The notes: generated by a model from the letters alone, not told the origin. A DNA stretch of 64,000 nt from Oryzomonas sp. (GCF_031292255.1 NZ_JARLHN010000012.1), one strand, 5' to 3'; counted from the stretch's first letter, positions 47,122 through 57,571 are shown. Made by a program: numbers and translations.

Positions 47122-47880
47122 TCAAACTACATCCAACGCCATGCCGTCGTAGGCGAATTCGAAACCGGGCGGCAACTTTGCCTGCTCGCCGTGGGACACC
47201 TCGTGGGTCAGGTGAGTGAGCACGACGCGGGCCGGCTTGATTGGTGCCACCGCGGCGATGGCCGCTTCGATGTTGAAGTGGAATGGATGAGGGGTCCAGC
47301 GCAACCCGTCTATAACCAGCACATCGAGCCCTTCCAGAAGCTTCAGGGAGCTGTCGGGAAGGGCGCTGCAATCCGTCAGATAGGCAAATTTTCCGATACG
47401 GAAGCCGAGGGCGGTGCCCATGCCATGCTCCAGGGGAACCGGGGTGACCGTCAGGCCGAACAGCCCGAATGGGCCGGAGACCACGTGCTGCGACAGAAGC
47501 GGTGTATAGCCTGAGCCGTTGAACTCGAAAAAGATGTATCTGAACCCCGCCGACAATGTCTCGAAGGTTGCCGGAGAGGCATAGCAGGGAATGATCTCTT
47601 TATGCAGAAAATGGAAGCCGCGCAGGTCATCGATACCATTGACATGATCGGCATGGGGGTGGGTGAGGAGGACGGCGTCAACCTTGTCCAGGCCTTCGCG
47701 CAAGGCTTGCTGCCGCAGATCGGTGGAGGTGTCCACCAGGATGTTCCGCCCCTCGTGCCGGATCAGCAGGGAAGCCCGCGTTCTTTTGTCCTTTGGGTCG
47801 TCCGAACTGCATACCCGGCACCTGCATCCCACCATGGGAACCCCGGTTGATGTCCCGCTCCCCAGGATGGTTACCTTCAT
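47122..47880 (-). CDS. MBL-fold metallohydrolase (PhnP/YycJ-like phosphodiesterase)
   Basis: LGSGTSTGVP, CxCxxC, THPHADH, YLTD, HF, THLTH. Confidence 0.92.
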   Translation of the reverse strand: MKVTILGSGTSTGVPMVGCRCRVCSSDDPKDKRTRASLLIRHEGRNILVDTSTDLRQQALREGLDKVDAVLLTHPHADHVNGIDDLRGFHFLHKEIIPCYASPATFETLSAGFRYIFFEFNGSGYTPLLSQHVVSGPFGLFGLTVTPVPLEHGMGTALGFRIGKFAYLTDCSALPDSSLKLLEGLDVLVIDGLRWTPHPFHFNIEAAIAAVAPIKPARVVLTHLTHEVSHGEQAKLPPGFEFAYDGMALDVV

Positions 47881-48015
47881 ACAACGTCCTTTCAGTAATA
47901 TGCTTGAAAAATAACAGAAATACCCGATGCAGGCAATACGGATTTCACGGAAACCGGACAATGCCGTTGGTATTTGCGGGATATGCTGAAATCTGCCGGT
48001 GTTCCCGGAGGGGGG

Positions 48016-48921
48016 CTATGTTTTTGCGAGAGGGATCAACAGCAGCGGAGTTCTGGTAAAGGTGCATATCCTGTGAGTCACGCTTCCCGCCCAAAATGCC
48101 TCCATGCCTGTTTTCCCGTGGGTGGCGAGGACGATGAGATCGATCCCGGCCTGGCCGGCGGCCTTAGCGATGGTTTTTGCCGGATCTCCCCGCAATACGT
48201 GTGCGCTTGCCGCAATGCCCTCTCCCCGCAGGGCTTCGAGCTGTTTCCGGAAGATTTCCCGGGCGTCCTGTGAGGCCATTTCGAGAATTCTGGAGGCCGT
48301 GGCGGGGAGCATTCTGCTGGAAACCTTTGCCGCACCCGACAGGGAGGCTAAGCGGGGAACAACCATCACAAGGTGGAGGGCCGCACCGCAGGCCCGGGCA
48401 ATTTCCTTTGAAACCGGCAAGGCCTGTGCATGGTCGGGATCGCCGTCCAGAGGTACCAGGATGTTGTTGCAGGAGAAAGGCGGCGCGCCCCCCTGTTCGT
48501 CGGGCCGGGTGATGAGGACCGGACGTGAGCCCAAGGCTATGACCTTTTGGGCAATGCTTCCCAGAAACAGGTGTAGTGCCTGTCCGCGGCCGTGGGAGCA
48601 CATGATGACCAGATCATGCTTCAATTCGTCCGCGTGCGCGACGATGCTTTCGGCGACATTGTCCGCTTCCGCAGTGTGCACGTGGCGGTCAACCGCGATG
48701 TCGGGCAAAAAAGCCTGCCGTGAGAGTCGTTCCAGATAGGCTGCCGCATCTTCCGCGTTTCCCAGGTGGGACTGGCCATGGACTTCGCTGGGGGCGTTTC
48801 GTTCCACCGCATGGAAGAGCGTCACCCGCGCCCCGAGCCTTCGTGCAAGAAAAGCGGCGGCCGGCAGGGCCGCCTCGGCCAGGAGTGAACCATCTAAAGG
48901 GACGAGGATGTGCTTGAACAT
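48016..48921 (-). CDS. Tandem-domain universal stress protein
   Basis: Two USP domains (ILVPLDG twice; SHGRG...LGS and THGKTG...AGSV). Confidence 0.92.
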   Translation of the reverse strand: MFKHILVPLDGSLLAEAALPAAAFLARRLGARVTLFHAVERNAPSEVHGQSHLGNAEDAAAYLERLSRQAFLPDIAVDRHVHTAEADNVAESIVAHADELKHDLVIMCSHGRGQALHLFLGSIAQKVIALGSRPVLITRPDEQGGAPPFSCNNILVPLDGDPDHAQALPVSKEIARACGAALHLVMVVPRLASLSGAAKVSSRMLPATASRILEMASQDAREIFRKQLEALRGEGIAASAHVLRGDPAKTIAKAAGQAGIDLIVLATHGKTGMEAFWAGSVTHRICTFTRTPLLLIPLAKT

Positions 48922-48925
48922 GGGA

Positions 48926-50221
48926 TTACCCCGTTACCAGCGTCTTGTACGTAAGGTAGGCATTGAGCGCCAGGATGATCCCTGCAATCATGCCGGCTAT
49001 GGCCGTTGTGAGGCGTCTGTTGGCCAAATCGCCCATGATGTCGGGACGGCGGGTGAACATGACCAGCGGAACAATCGCGAACGGAAGCCCGAAGCTGAGC
49101 ACCACCTGGCTGACAACCAGAGTGCGGGTCGGGTCCAGGCCTGCGCCGATAACGACCAGCGAAGGCGCCATGGTCACCAGGCGTCGTACCCATATCGGAA
49201 TATGCCGCTGCATGAAACCCTGCATGATCACTTGTCCTGCGCTTGTTCCCACGGTCGATGACGATAGCCCCGAAAGCAGCAGGGAAAGGCCGAAGATCCA
49301 TTTGGCCGATGACCCCAGGAGCGGCTCCAGGGTCCGGTAGGCCTCCTCGATGGTGCCGAGCGCGGCGTGTCCTGTGGTGTGGAAGGTGGCTGCCGCCATG
49401 ATCAGCATGGCAGCATTGACAAAACTTGCAATCCCCATGGCAATGACCACATCCGCGATCTCGAAACGATACAGGCTCTGCAGTCGTTTTTTGTCCCGGA
49501 CGACGATGCGTCCCTGGGTCAGGGCGGAATGAAGAAAAATGGCGTGGGGCATGACGGTGGCCCCAAGGATCCCCGAGGCCAGTAAAACGCTTTCGGCCCC
49601 GGCAAAGCGCGGTACAAAGGCGTGATAGGCGACGAGCCCCCAATCGGGCTTGCCGATGATAGTTTCCAGCAGGTAGCAGAGGGCAATCATCCCGACCATG
49701 GATGAGATAACCGCCTCCAAAGGCCGGAATCCATAACGTTCCAGGCCCAGAATCAGCATGGTTGCCAGAGCAGTGAGCAGGGCGCCCGCAAACAGCGGTA
49801 TACCCATGAGCAGTTGGAACCCCAGGGCTGCACCGATGAATTCGGCCAGGTCCGTTGCCATGGCAACGATCTCCATCAAGAGCCACATGGCGATGACCAC
49901 CGGGCGGGGGAAGCGGGCCCGGCACTGTTCCGCCAGGTTCATGCCCGTGGCGATGCCGAGCTTGGCCGAAAGGGTCTGGATGATCATTGCCATGAGGTTG
50001 CTGGCCACGATCACCCAGAGCAGCAGATAGCCGAATTGGGCGCCGCCCTGGATATTGGTCGCAAAGTTGCCCGGGTCCACATAGGCCACGCTGGCGATAA
50101 AAGCCGGTCCTAGAAACGGCATCAGGCGCGTCAGCCGATTTGGACGCCCATGGCCGTCCAGAACGTCCAAGGCGGTTTGGACCGTCCTGGAATCGGGGGA
50201 ATTCAGGACTGGCCCCGGCAT
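48926..50221 (-). CDS. mntH: Nramp-family H+/Mn2+(Fe2+) transporter MntH
   Basis: DPGN and MPH motifs, SQVVLS; start overlaps the upstream stop (TGATG). Confidence 0.93.
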   Translation of the reverse strand: MPGPVLNSPDSRTVQTALDVLDGHGRPNRLTRLMPFLGPAFIASVAYVDPGNFATNIQGGAQFGYLLLWVIVASNLMAMIIQTLSAKLGIATGMNLAEQCRARFPRPVVIAMWLLMEIVAMATDLAEFIGAALGFQLLMGIPLFAGALLTALATMLILGLERYGFRPLEAVISSMVGMIALCYLLETIIGKPDWGLVAYHAFVPRFAGAESVLLASGILGATVMPHAIFLHSALTQGRIVVRDKKRLQSLYRFEIADVVIAMGIASFVNAAMLIMAAATFHTTGHAALGTIEEAYRTLEPLLGSSAKWIFGLSLLLSGLSSSTVGTSAGQVIMQGFMQRHIPIWVRRLVTMAPSLVVIGAGLDPTRTLVVSQVVLSFGLPFAIVPLVMFTRRPDIMGDLANRRLTTAIAGMIAGIILALNAYLTYKTLVTG

Positions 50222-50748
50222 CAGTCGTTGATATACTGCAAGGCGTAGTTCACGTAGTTGTCGGCTGATTTTCGCAGCCAGGCCACCTCGCTCGGTGTAA
50301 GGTCGCGTTTGTACCCGGCCGGCGCGCCGATCCACAAGGTGTGAGGCGGGATAATGGTCCCCTCGGTGACCAGGGCACGCGCCCCCACCAGAGCTCCTTC
50401 GCCGACCACGGCCCTGTCCATCACCATGGCCTGCATGCCGATGAAACAGCCGTTGTGCAGGGTGCAGCCGTGCAGGGTAACGCTGTGGCCGATGGTGACA
50501 TCGTCGCCGATGATCAGCGGCGCGCCGGGATCGTCGGCATGTTTTCTGTGGGTGACGTGCAGCATGGTCAGGTCCTGCACGTTGCTGCGGGCGCCGATAC
50601 GGATGTGGTTCACGTCGCCGCGGGCCACGCAATTATACCAGATGCTGCTCTGGGGGCCCATCTCCACGTCGCCGATGACCACGGCGGTCTCGGCCACGAA
50701 GGCGGAGGGGTCGATCTTCGGCTGGATGCCCTGGAAGGGTCGAATCAT
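50221..50748 (-). CDS. Gamma carbonic anhydrase family protein (YrdA-like)
   Basis: Hexapeptide repeats; RGD, NVQD..LH, IGH..LHG. Confidence 0.92.
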   Translation of the reverse strand: MIRPFQGIQPKIDPSAFVAETAVVIGDVEMGPQSSIWYNCVARGDVNHIRIGARSNVQDLTMLHVTHRKHADDPGAPLIIGDDVTIGHSVTLHGCTLHNGCFIGMQAMVMDRAVVGEGALVGARALVTEGTIIPPHTLWIGAPAGYKRDLTPSEVAWLRKSADNYVNYALQYIND

Positions 50749-50862
50749 TTCGTCCTCCGTTGACTGATGTTTAAGGATGAAGTATACGCACTCTGCGAAA
50801 GATTGGCAATAGAATGCAGTGCTAACGTGGCTTTTGCCGCGCCCGTACCGAGATTTATTTGC

Positions 50863-50891
50863 TTGTTGCACTGTCCCATATTTGGTATGTT
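50863..50891 (+). promoter_or_regulatory. Candidate sigma70 promoter of dapF-gspC
   Basis: TTGTTG-N17-TATGTT with extended TG. Confidence 0.3.
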
Positions 50892-50933
50892 TTACAATCG
50901 CTGTGAACGACTTGGAAAAGGGGATGGAACACG

Positions 50934-51770
50934 ATGAAATTCACCAAGATGCAGGGCGCCGGCAATGATTACGTCTATGTGAACTGTTTCGAGGAGACGG
51001 TTACAAATCCACAACAGGTTTCCATACAGGTTTCCAACCGCAATTTCGGCATCGGGTCGGATGGGCTGATTCTGATCATGCCCTCGGACAAGGCGGATGT
51101 GCGCATGCGGATGTTCAATTCGGACGGCTCCGAGTCCGAGATGTGCGGCAACGGTATCCGTTGCGTGGCAAAATACGCCTACGATCACGGCATTGTCTCG
51201 AAAACCGAGATCACCGCCGAAACCGGGGCCGGCATTCTGACCTTGCAACTGGTGCCCGGGAGCGACGGCACGGTGGAAAAGGTTCGTGTCAACATGGGGC
51301 CGCCGCGCCTGACCAGGGGTGAGATCCCCATGACCGGCGACGCCGCCGCCAGGGTGATTGCGGAGCCGCTCACCATCCTCGACCGCACCTTCCAGATCAC
51401 CTGCGCCTCCATGGGCAACCCCCATTGCGTGATCTTCGTGGATGATGTGGAGAATTTCCCGGTTTCCACCTATGGACCGCTGATCGAAAACCATGAGATG
51501 TTCCCGCGTCGCACCAACGTGGAATTCGTGCAGATATTCTCGCGTGCCGAGGTGCGCCAGCGGACCTGGGAGCGGGGCGCCGGCGAAACCCTGGCCTGTG
51601 GCACCGGCTCCAGCGCCGTGACGGCGGCATGCGTGCTTAACGACCTGACCGGAAAAAAGATCCTCAACCACCTCATGGGAGGGGACCTGGAGATGGAGTG
51701 GGCCCAGGACGGCAACATTTACATGAGCGGCCCGGCGGTAGAGGTCTTCAACGGGGAGATCAGGCTGTAG
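50934..51770 (+). CDS. dapF: Diaminopimelate epimerase
   Basis: KMQGAGND, EMCGNGIRC, GNPH, ERGAGETLACGTG. Confidence 0.97.
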   Translation: MKFTKMQGAGNDYVYVNCFEETVTNPQQVSIQVSNRNFGIGSDGLILIMPSDKADVRMRMFNSDGSESEMCGNGIRCVAKYAYDHGIVSKTEITAETGAGILTLQLVPGSDGTVEKVRVNMGPPRLTRGEIPMTGDAAARVIAEPLTILDRTFQITCASMGNPHCVIFVDDVENFPVSTYGPLIENHEMFPRRTNVEFVQIFSRAEVRQRTWERGAGETLACGTGSSAVTAACVLNDLTGKKILNHLMGGDLEMEWAQDGNIYMSGPAVEVFNGEIRL

Positions 51771-51829
51771 GACGTCCCTCGAAAGTTCCCTCTCTCCCTC
51801 TTGCCCAAAGGGGAAGGTGATATACACTT

Positions 51830-52708
51830 ATGCCACGAGCTCTTACCATCATAAACATCCTGCTTGGGGTTGCCATCATCGCCCTTTTGGCGGCAATCAC
51901 GGCCGACGGTCTGGGGCGACGGATCAACGCGGCGCTTGTATCAAGGAGTGCGGGTGCGGGCAAGACGGCTTCCGCCACCGCCCCCCCTGCCCGCGTCGAG
52001 GAACTGGCGTATTATGCCCCGATCCTGGTCAACGGCCTGTTCGGCAAGGGGGCTCAAGGGCCGCTTACCCCGCTCGCGAACGCCCCAGCTGCCCAGGGAG
52101 CCGCTCAGGCTGCCGCGCCGGCCGACCTGATGCTGCTCGGAACGGCCGTGGGCTCGTTCCGTGAAACCTTTGCCCTGGTGCGTAACACCACCAAACAAGA
52201 GGAGCGCGTCTTCCGCCTGGGGGATATGGTCTATGATGCCGGGCGATTGGTCGAAGTGACCAGGGAGCGGGCCTTTATCGTGGTGGGCGGCAAGAAGGTG
52301 GAGCTTTTGACCCCCATGACGCCCCCCGCGGCGGGCCCGGCTCAACCGGCAAGCCCCCAGGGAGGCGTGTCGGTCGCCAATATAGGCGGCGGAAATTTCG
52401 TGATCGACCAGCGGGCACTCAACGCCGCCCTGGACAACCCGGCACAGGCCATGAGCGATGCCCGTCTGCTCCCCAGCCAGAAGGACGGCAAGGTGGAAGG
52501 CTTTCGGGTCACCGAGGTAAAGCCCAACGGTGTCTTTGCCATGGTGGGGATGAAGAACGGCGACATCATGCTGCGCCTGAACGATTTCCCGGTGGATTCG
52601 CCGGACAAGGCCTTGCAGTCGTTCATCGCCCTCAAGGGGCAGAGCAAGCTCAAGCTCGATCTGATAAGGGATGGGCAACCGGCAACGTTCAATTATGATA
52701 TTCGATGA
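51830..52708 (+). CDS. gspC: T2SS protein GspC (TM, HR, PDZ)
   Basis: N-terminal TM, LLGT HR domain, PDZ GMKNGDI; upstream of gspD. Confidence 0.9.
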   Translation: MPRALTIINILLGVAIIALLAAITADGLGRRINAALVSRSAGAGKTASATAPPARVEELAYYAPILVNGLFGKGAQGPLTPLANAPAAQGAAQAAAPADLMLLGTAVGSFRETFALVRNTTKQEERVFRLGDMVYDAGRLVEVTRERAFIVVGGKKVELLTPMTPPAAGPAQPASPQGGVSVANIGGGNFVIDQRALNAALDNPAQAMSDARLLPSQKDGKVEGFRVTEVKPNGVFAMVGMKNGDIMLRLNDFPVDSPDKALQSFIALKGQSKLKLDLIRDGQPATFNYDIR

Positions 52709-52850
52709 AACGCCACGCTCCCGATTCATGCCGGCAGGTTTTTACGAGTATTCGTGACGCGGCCCGCCGGCAGCCTTGCCGAAAGGGGAAATAGTCGTTC
52801 CTGCCAATCCGCAACAATGCATGCTGTTACGAAACAACGTGGAGGCCCGC

Positions 52851-54800
52851 TTGAAACAGTACCTGATACGCACATTCTGCACCCTGCTGCTGGCAGGGCT
52901 CTTTTTTGCCTCGCCGGTGCATGCCGCCGCCAGGGGGGTGGTGTTGAACTTCAACGAGGTGGATATCTCCACCATGGTGAAGTTCATCAGCGACCTGACC
53001 GGCAGGAATTTTGTGCTGGACGACCGGGTCAAGGGGAAGATTTCGGTATACTCCCCCTCCAGGCTTTCCATCGAAGAGGCGTACAACGTCTTTGTCTCGG
53101 TGCTGGAATTGAAGGGTTTCACGGTGGTGCAAAGCGGCAAGGTGGCCAAGATCGTTCCGATTTCTTCGGCAAAGCAATCCGGGCTGACCCTGCTGAAATC
53201 GGGCGAGATGCCGCCGGTCAACGAAAACTACGTGGCCCAGGTCAACAAACTTGAAAACATCTCGGCCCAGGAGGCGATGACGTTTCTGCAGCCGATGGTT
53301 TCCAAGGACGGCTACATCTCGGCCTTTGGGCCCGGCAACCTGCTCCTGATAGTGGATTCGTCGCTCAATATCCGCAAGCTGCAAGGGCTTCTGCGCCTGA
53401 TCGACACCGAAAAGACCCGCGAAGGGATCGAAATCATCTACCTGAAAAACGCCTCCGCCGAGAGCGCCGCCGCGACCATCCGCCAGTGGCTCACCGGCAA
53501 TGAGTCCAAGGCTGCCGCGGCACCGGGGGCAGTGGCCCCTTCCAGTAACATGGCAACCGTCCTGGCCGACCAGCGGCTGAACGCTCTTTTGGTATTCGGC
53601 AGCGACATTGTCAAGCGGGAGGTGCGCGAGTTGGCGGCCAAGCTGGACGCGCAGCCGCCCGAGGCCAACAGCAAGGTCAATGTCTATTACCTGGAGAACA
53701 CCGACGCTACCGACATGGCCAAGGTGCTGGACGGCGTGATCAAGGGGATGAGCGCGGCCGCTGCGACACCCTCCGGCCAGCCCGGCGCGGCGGCAGCGCC
53801 CCAAGCGTCCCCCTTCGACAGCGGCAAGGTCACCATAACCCCGGACAAGGCATCCAATTCCCTGGTGATCATGGCATCGCCCAACGATTACAATAACCTT
53901 GTCCAGGTGATCAAGAAACTGGACCGCCGCAGCAAGCAGGTCTTCGTGCAGGTGCTGATTGCCGAGGTGACGCTCAACAAGTCGCGGAACACGGGCATGC
54001 AGCTTGGCGCGCTGGGTGTTGACCAGATCAACCGCTATTTCGGTATCGGGGCTTTCTACGATCCTTTCGGCGTGGTCAGCACGCTTGCGACGAGCGGCCT
54101 TGCCTCCGCAACCAGTGCCTCCACCAGCACCTCGACGAACTCCACCATCAATTTTCCGGTTGCCGGAGTTCCGGGCAACATCGGCGCCGTGCTCCAGGCG
54201 CTGGACTCCAACGACCTCCTGAACGTGCTGTCCACGCCCAACATCCTGACCTCGGACAACAAGGAGGCCGAGATCATCGTGGGGTCGAACGTCCCCTTCC
54301 AGGGGTCGTCTACCATCTCCTCCGGCCTCTCCACAACCTCCATCGAGCGCAAGGATGTGGGTATAACACTCAAGATCAAGCCCCAGATCAGCGAGGGGGA
54401 CTATATCCGCCTCGACCTGAGCCAGGAGATCTCGGCCATCGGTGCAACGATCACAGTGGGCAACGGCGCCACGGACCGCATCACCACCAAGCGCTCGGCC
54501 AAGACCAGCATCGTTGTCAAGGACAACGAAACGATCGTGATCGGCGGCCTGATCCAGGACCAGGACGAGGATGTGGTCACCAAGGTCCCCTTTCTGGGCG
54601 ATATACCAGGCCTGGGCTGGTTGTTCAAGACCAAGTCCAAGACCAAGACCAAGACCAACCTGATGATTTTGTTGACCCCGCGCATTGTTAAGGATAGCGC
54701 CGATCTGGCCACGATCTCCGACAGCCAGCGGGCAAAATTCGGCGATGCCGCGAAAAAGGTCGATCCGGTGGATGTACAGAAGGAGATCGGCGCAAAATGA
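52851..54800 (+). CDS. gspD: T2SS secretin GspD
   Basis: LNFNEVDI N0 domain, QVFVQVLIAEV, KVPFLGDIPGLGWLF; TTG start behind GGAGG. Confidence 0.96.
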   Translation: MKQYLIRTFCTLLLAGLFFASPVHAAARGVVLNFNEVDISTMVKFISDLTGRNFVLDDRVKGKISVYSPSRLSIEEAYNVFVSVLELKGFTVVQSGKVAKIVPISSAKQSGLTLLKSGEMPPVNENYVAQVNKLENISAQEAMTFLQPMVSKDGYISAFGPGNLLLIVDSSLNIRKLQGLLRLIDTEKTREGIEIIYLKNASAESAAATIRQWLTGNESKAAAAPGAVAPSSNMATVLADQRLNALLVFGSDIVKREVRELAAKLDAQPPEANSKVNVYYLENTDATDMAKVLDGVIKGMSAAAATPSGQPGAAAAPQASPFDSGKVTITPDKASNSLVIMASPNDYNNLVQVIKKLDRRSKQVFVQVLIAEVTLNKSRNTGMQLGALGVDQINRYFGIGAFYDPFGVVSTLATSGLASATSASTSTSTNSTINFPVAGVPGNIGAVLQALDSNDLLNVLSTPNILTSDNKEAEIIVGSNVPFQGSSTISSGLSTTSIERKDVGITLKIKPQISEGDYIRLDLSQEISAIGATITVGNGATDRITTKRSAKTSIVVKDNETIVIGGLIQDQDEDVVTKVPFLGDIPGLGWLFKTKSKTKTKTNLMILLTPRIVKDSADLATISDSQRAKFGDAAKKVDPVDVQKEIGAK

Positions 54801-56368
54801 GCCCAACCCAGCTCCCGGAAGAACTGGAATCCACCGCCCGGCGGCTGGGGATCGCCTGCCAGTCCGAGATCGGCGGGGACGAGGTCGATCCGGTTCTCCT
54901 GGCTCGGGTGCCGCTAACTTTTGCCCGTGCCCACACGATCCTTCCCCTGGGGGAACGGGACGGCAGGATCAGGATCGCCATTTCCAGCCCCGCAGCCCTC
55001 TTGGCGATGGACGAGCTGCGGCTTTTGTTCGGCAGACCGGTGGAGGCCGTCCTGGTGCCGGCCGGTATCCTGGGCGACGCCATCAACCATATCTACAGCA
55101 GCCTCTCCGGCAGCGCCCGTGAAGTGCTCCTGGAACTGGAGGGGGAGGACCTCTCCACGGTTGCCACCCAGTTCAACGACCCCCAGGACTTGCTGGATCT
55201 GGCCGACGAGGCCCCGGTCATACGGCTCTTGAACTCGATTCTTTCCGAGGCGGTCAAGGAACGGGTCAGCGACATCCACATCGAACCCTACGAGCGCGAC
55301 CTGGTGGTGCGCTTCCGCATCGACGGCATCCTCTACGAAAAGCTGACGCCCCCCAAGATCATCCAGGATGCCCTGGTCTCCCGCGTCAAGATCATGGCCG
55401 GCCTCAACATCGCCGAGAAACGTCTGCCTCAGGACGGCCGCATCCGCGTGATCGTCGCCGGCCGCGACGTGGACATCCGCGTCTCCATCATCCCCACATT
55501 CTACGGCGAACGGTCCGTGCTGCGCCTTCTGGACAAGAAGAAGGGAGTGCTCTCCCTGGAGGATATCGGCCTGGGGGACGAAGGGGTACGCACCATGGAG
55601 CGGATGCTCGCCCGCACCAACGGCATCATCCTGGTGACCGGCCCCACCGGCAGCGGCAAGTCAACTACCCTTTATGCGGCCCTCAACCGCCTCAATTCGA
55701 GCGAGAAGAACATCATAACCATTGAAGACCCGATCGAATACCAGATCAAGGGCATCGGCCAGATCCAGGTCAACTCCAAGATCGAGCTGACTTTTGCCGC
55801 CGGCCTGCGCTCCATCCTGCGCCAGGACCCGGACATCATCATGGTGGGGGAGATCCGCGACACCGAAACGGCCGAGATCGCCATCCAGGCCAGCCTGACC
55901 GGTCACCTGGTGCTCTCCACCCTGCACACCAACGACGCCGCAACGGCCGTGACGCGCCTGGTGGACATGGGCATCGAGCCGTTCATGATCGCTTCGTCCT
56001 TGGCGGCGGTGATGGCCCAGCGGCTGGTGCGGGTCATCTGCCCCCATTGCCGCGAGGAGTACCGGCCGATGGAGCGGCATGACGGCGTCATCCTGCCGGA
56101 ACGGCTTTACCGGGGGCGGGGCTGCGACCGGTGCTTCGGGCTGGGTACCATGGGGCGCACCGCCATCTACGAGATCATGCCGGTGGATCAGGAGATCTGC
56201 TCCCTGATCATCAAGCGCGCCCATGCCGGGGAGATCAAGGAGTATGCCGTTAGCCGCGGGATGAAGACCCTGCGGGACGATGGCATGGCCAGGGCCGCGG
56301 CAGGGGTCACCAGTATCGAAGAGGTGTTGCGCGTAACCCAGGAAGACTATGCCGACGTTCCGGTATAA
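54797..56368 (+). CDS. gspE: T2SS ATPase GspE
   Basis: SDIHIEP, GPTGSGKS, RQDPD, TLHTN, CxxC pairs. Confidence 0.97.
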   Translation: MSPTQLPEELESTARRLGIACQSEIGGDEVDPVLLARVPLTFARAHTILPLGERDGRIRIAISSPAALLAMDELRLLFGRPVEAVLVPAGILGDAINHIYSSLSGSAREVLLELEGEDLSTVATQFNDPQDLLDLADEAPVIRLLNSILSEAVKERVSDIHIEPYERDLVVRFRIDGILYEKLTPPKIIQDALVSRVKIMAGLNIAEKRLPQDGRIRVIVAGRDVDIRVSIIPTFYGERSVLRLLDKKKGVLSLEDIGLGDEGVRTMERMLARTNGIILVTGPTGSGKSTTLYAALNRLNSSEKNIITIEDPIEYQIKGIGQIQVNSKIELTFAAGLRSILRQDPDIIMVGEIRDTETAEIAIQASLTGHLVLSTLHTNDAATAVTRLVDMGIEPFMIASSLAAVMAQRLVRVICPHCREEYRPMERHDGVILPERLYRGRGCDRCFGLGTMGRTAIYEIMPVDQEICSLIIKRAHAGEIKEYAVSRGMKTLRDDGMARAAAGVTSIEEVLRVTQEDYADVPV

Positions 56369-57560
56369 GGCATACACCGGCGCCGGGGCCGCGGTATCCG
56401 GTTCCGTCGAGGCAGACTCCGAGCGCCAGGCCATGGCCCAGCTCAAGGAGAAAGGGCTGTTGCCCCGAGAGGTCAGCGAGGAAACCGCCGCCGCGGGCGC
56501 GGCCAGATCCTTCTCCTTCAAACCGGGGATCACCACCGCCGATCTGTCACTCTTCACCCGTCGTCTGGCTACGCTGGCGGCCTCCTCGGTGCCTCTGTTC
56601 GAGGCCATGGGTTCGTTGTACGAGCAGGAGGAGAGCGGGCAGCTCAAACAGGTGCTGGCGCGGGTGCGCGACAGTATCGCCGAGGGGGCGGCCCTGTCGC
56701 GTGCCATGGCGGCCGAACCGAGGATCTTCAGCGAGAGCTATGTCAGCATGGTGGCGGCCGGTGAGGCCAGCGGGGCGCTGGATGCCGTGCTGGATCGGCT
56801 GGCCGATTTTCTGGAAGAGCAGGAACAGGTCAAGAGCCGGGTCGTTTCCGCCCTGGCCTATCCGATCCTGATGGTGCTGGTGGGAAGCGGCGTGATGCTC
56901 TTTCTGCTGACGATGGTCATCCCCAAGATCGTGGTGATCTTCGAGGAGAGCAAGGCCGCCCTGCCGCTGATCACGGTGATCCTGATCAAGCTGTCCCATT
57001 TCCTGCGGGGGTGGTGGTGGATTCCGGCCGGGCTGGCCATCGGGTCGGTGCCGCTCTACCGCTCCGCCATGCGGCGCGATGACCTGCGCATGATGCGCGA
57101 TCGCCTGTTGCTCAGGCTGCCGGTGGCCGGCGGCATGTTGCAACACCTGCTCCTGTCCCGCTTTGCCCGGGTGCTGGGGCTCTTGCTTTCCAGCGGAGTG
57201 CCGATCATCCGCGCCCTGGAGATCACCTCCGAGGTGCTGGTCAACCGGGTCTACCGCGCCTTTCTCCACGAGGTGATGGAAGAGGTGGCGCAAGGGGGGA
57301 GCCTGTCGGGCAGTCTTAAGAAGAGCCGCCTGTTCCCGCCCATGCTGGTGCATCTTGCCGGTGTAGGTGAAAAGGGGGGCACCCTGGAGGAGATGCTGCT
57401 CAAGGCCGGTATCGCCTATGAACGGGAGTTCAGCGCACGCCTGACCCGCCTGATGGGCCTGATGGAACCGCTGTTGGTCCTTGCCATGGGGGTGGCCGTC
57501 GGAGTCGTGGTCATGGCGGTCCTGTTGCCCATATTTGAGATGAACCAGCTAATCAAGTAA
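56349..57560 (+). CDS. gspF: T2SS inner-membrane platform GspF
   Basis: AGEASG, ALAYP, GEKGG, MEP; three TMs. Confidence 0.97.
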   Translation: MPTFRYKAYTGAGAAVSGSVEADSERQAMAQLKEKGLLPREVSEETAAAGAARSFSFKPGITTADLSLFTRRLATLAASSVPLFEAMGSLYEQEESGQLKQVLARVRDSIAEGAALSRAMAAEPRIFSESYVSMVAAGEASGALDAVLDRLADFLEEQEQVKSRVVSALAYPILMVLVGSGVMLFLLTMVIPKIVVIFEESKAALPLITVILIKLSHFLRGWWWIPAGLAIGSVPLYRSAMRRDDLRMMRDRLLLRLPVAGGMLQHLLLSRFARVLGLLLSSGVPIIRALEITSEVLVNRVYRAFLHEVMEEVAQGGSLSGSLKKSRLFPPMLVHLAGVGEKGGTLEEMLLKAGIAYEREFSARLTRLMGLMEPLLVLAMGVAVGVVVMAVLLPIFEMNQLIK

Positions 57561-57571
57561 GGGGTGCCTAA

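Noticed and set aside
48926-50632. 568-aa ORF suggesting an N-terminally extended MntH
   Set aside because: The extension is an alternative frame of the gamma-CA gene; the Nramp-like sequence starts at ATG 50221.
54627-54659. (AAGACC)n hexamer run in gspD as a phase-variation tract
   Set aside because: In-frame, imperfect and short; encodes the usual K/T-rich secretin strand.
52827-54806. 659-aa antisense ORF over gspD, and similar ones over the TPR gene (9991-11676), flhA and glgP (58595-60088)
   Set aside because: Shadow ORFs expected from GC3-rich codon use; no recognisable motifs, and they overlap clear genes.
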